Assembly (NCBI RefSeq): GCF_004010195.1
Contig: NC_057750.1
Span: 1,250,808-1,314,807, forward strand
Direction: 5' to 3'
Origin: Chiloscyllium plagiosum
Taxonomy: Eukaryota
Length of the DNA: 64,000 bases
A program made the translations under genes and the position numbers. Of the stretch, positions 63,755 to 64,000 are shown in pieces (positions within the stretch are counted from its first letter, which is position 1; every line of letters starts with the position of its first letter). The notes under the pieces were generated by a model. That model did not search any database. It worked only from the letters and a program-made list of their open reading frames with translations, and was not told where the DNA came from.

Positions 63755-64000
63755 CTCTGTACAGTATCACTCCAGCTCACGGCAACAAGAGTATGAGTCA
63801 GTGAGAAGAATTATCTGGGCAGGAGCACCAGGGGAGTACTTCCTGTGTACTAGGGGCTATATAAATGCTAATATTTGTTGTTGAGCTCACTCCCACCCAC
63901 AATAGTAAAAGAAACTGTGAGATTTCATTGACAGAAGGCTGACTGATGTAAGGGATTGTTGATGAATAATTTAAATAAATAGTTAGTATAGAGGCCTTGA

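Overview
This is repeat-rich, apparently non-coding vertebrate DNA, almost certainly from an elasmobranch (shark), judged by the HE1-type V-SINEs, CR1/HER1 LINEs and a Deu-domain SINE. I could not support any intact host protein-coding gene; nearly all ORFs in the track are pieces of decayed retrotransposons or microsatellites. The window contains many CR1 3' fragments and two longer CR1 copies (one keeps its 5'UTR and ORF1 start but has a large internal deletion). It also has a second CR1/L2-group LINE with a partner tRNA-SINE, about 15 HE1 SINEs, two Penelope (GIY-YIG) remnants and a 69-70 bp minisatellite. The most notable signal is a population of short Penelope-terminus elements from about six sequence families. 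Most carry a minimal hammerhead-ribozyme core (CTGANGA-A-stem II-GAAA-short palindromic stem III), several are head-to-head hairpins folded back at the ribozyme, and several have 11-15 bp target-site duplications (TSDs). Also seen: a SINE fragment flanked by an 82-84 bp direct duplication, and two old local duplications at 44.6-50.1 kb. Family names come from my recognition of motifs, not a database search. Repeat boundaries are approximate unless TSD coordinates are given.
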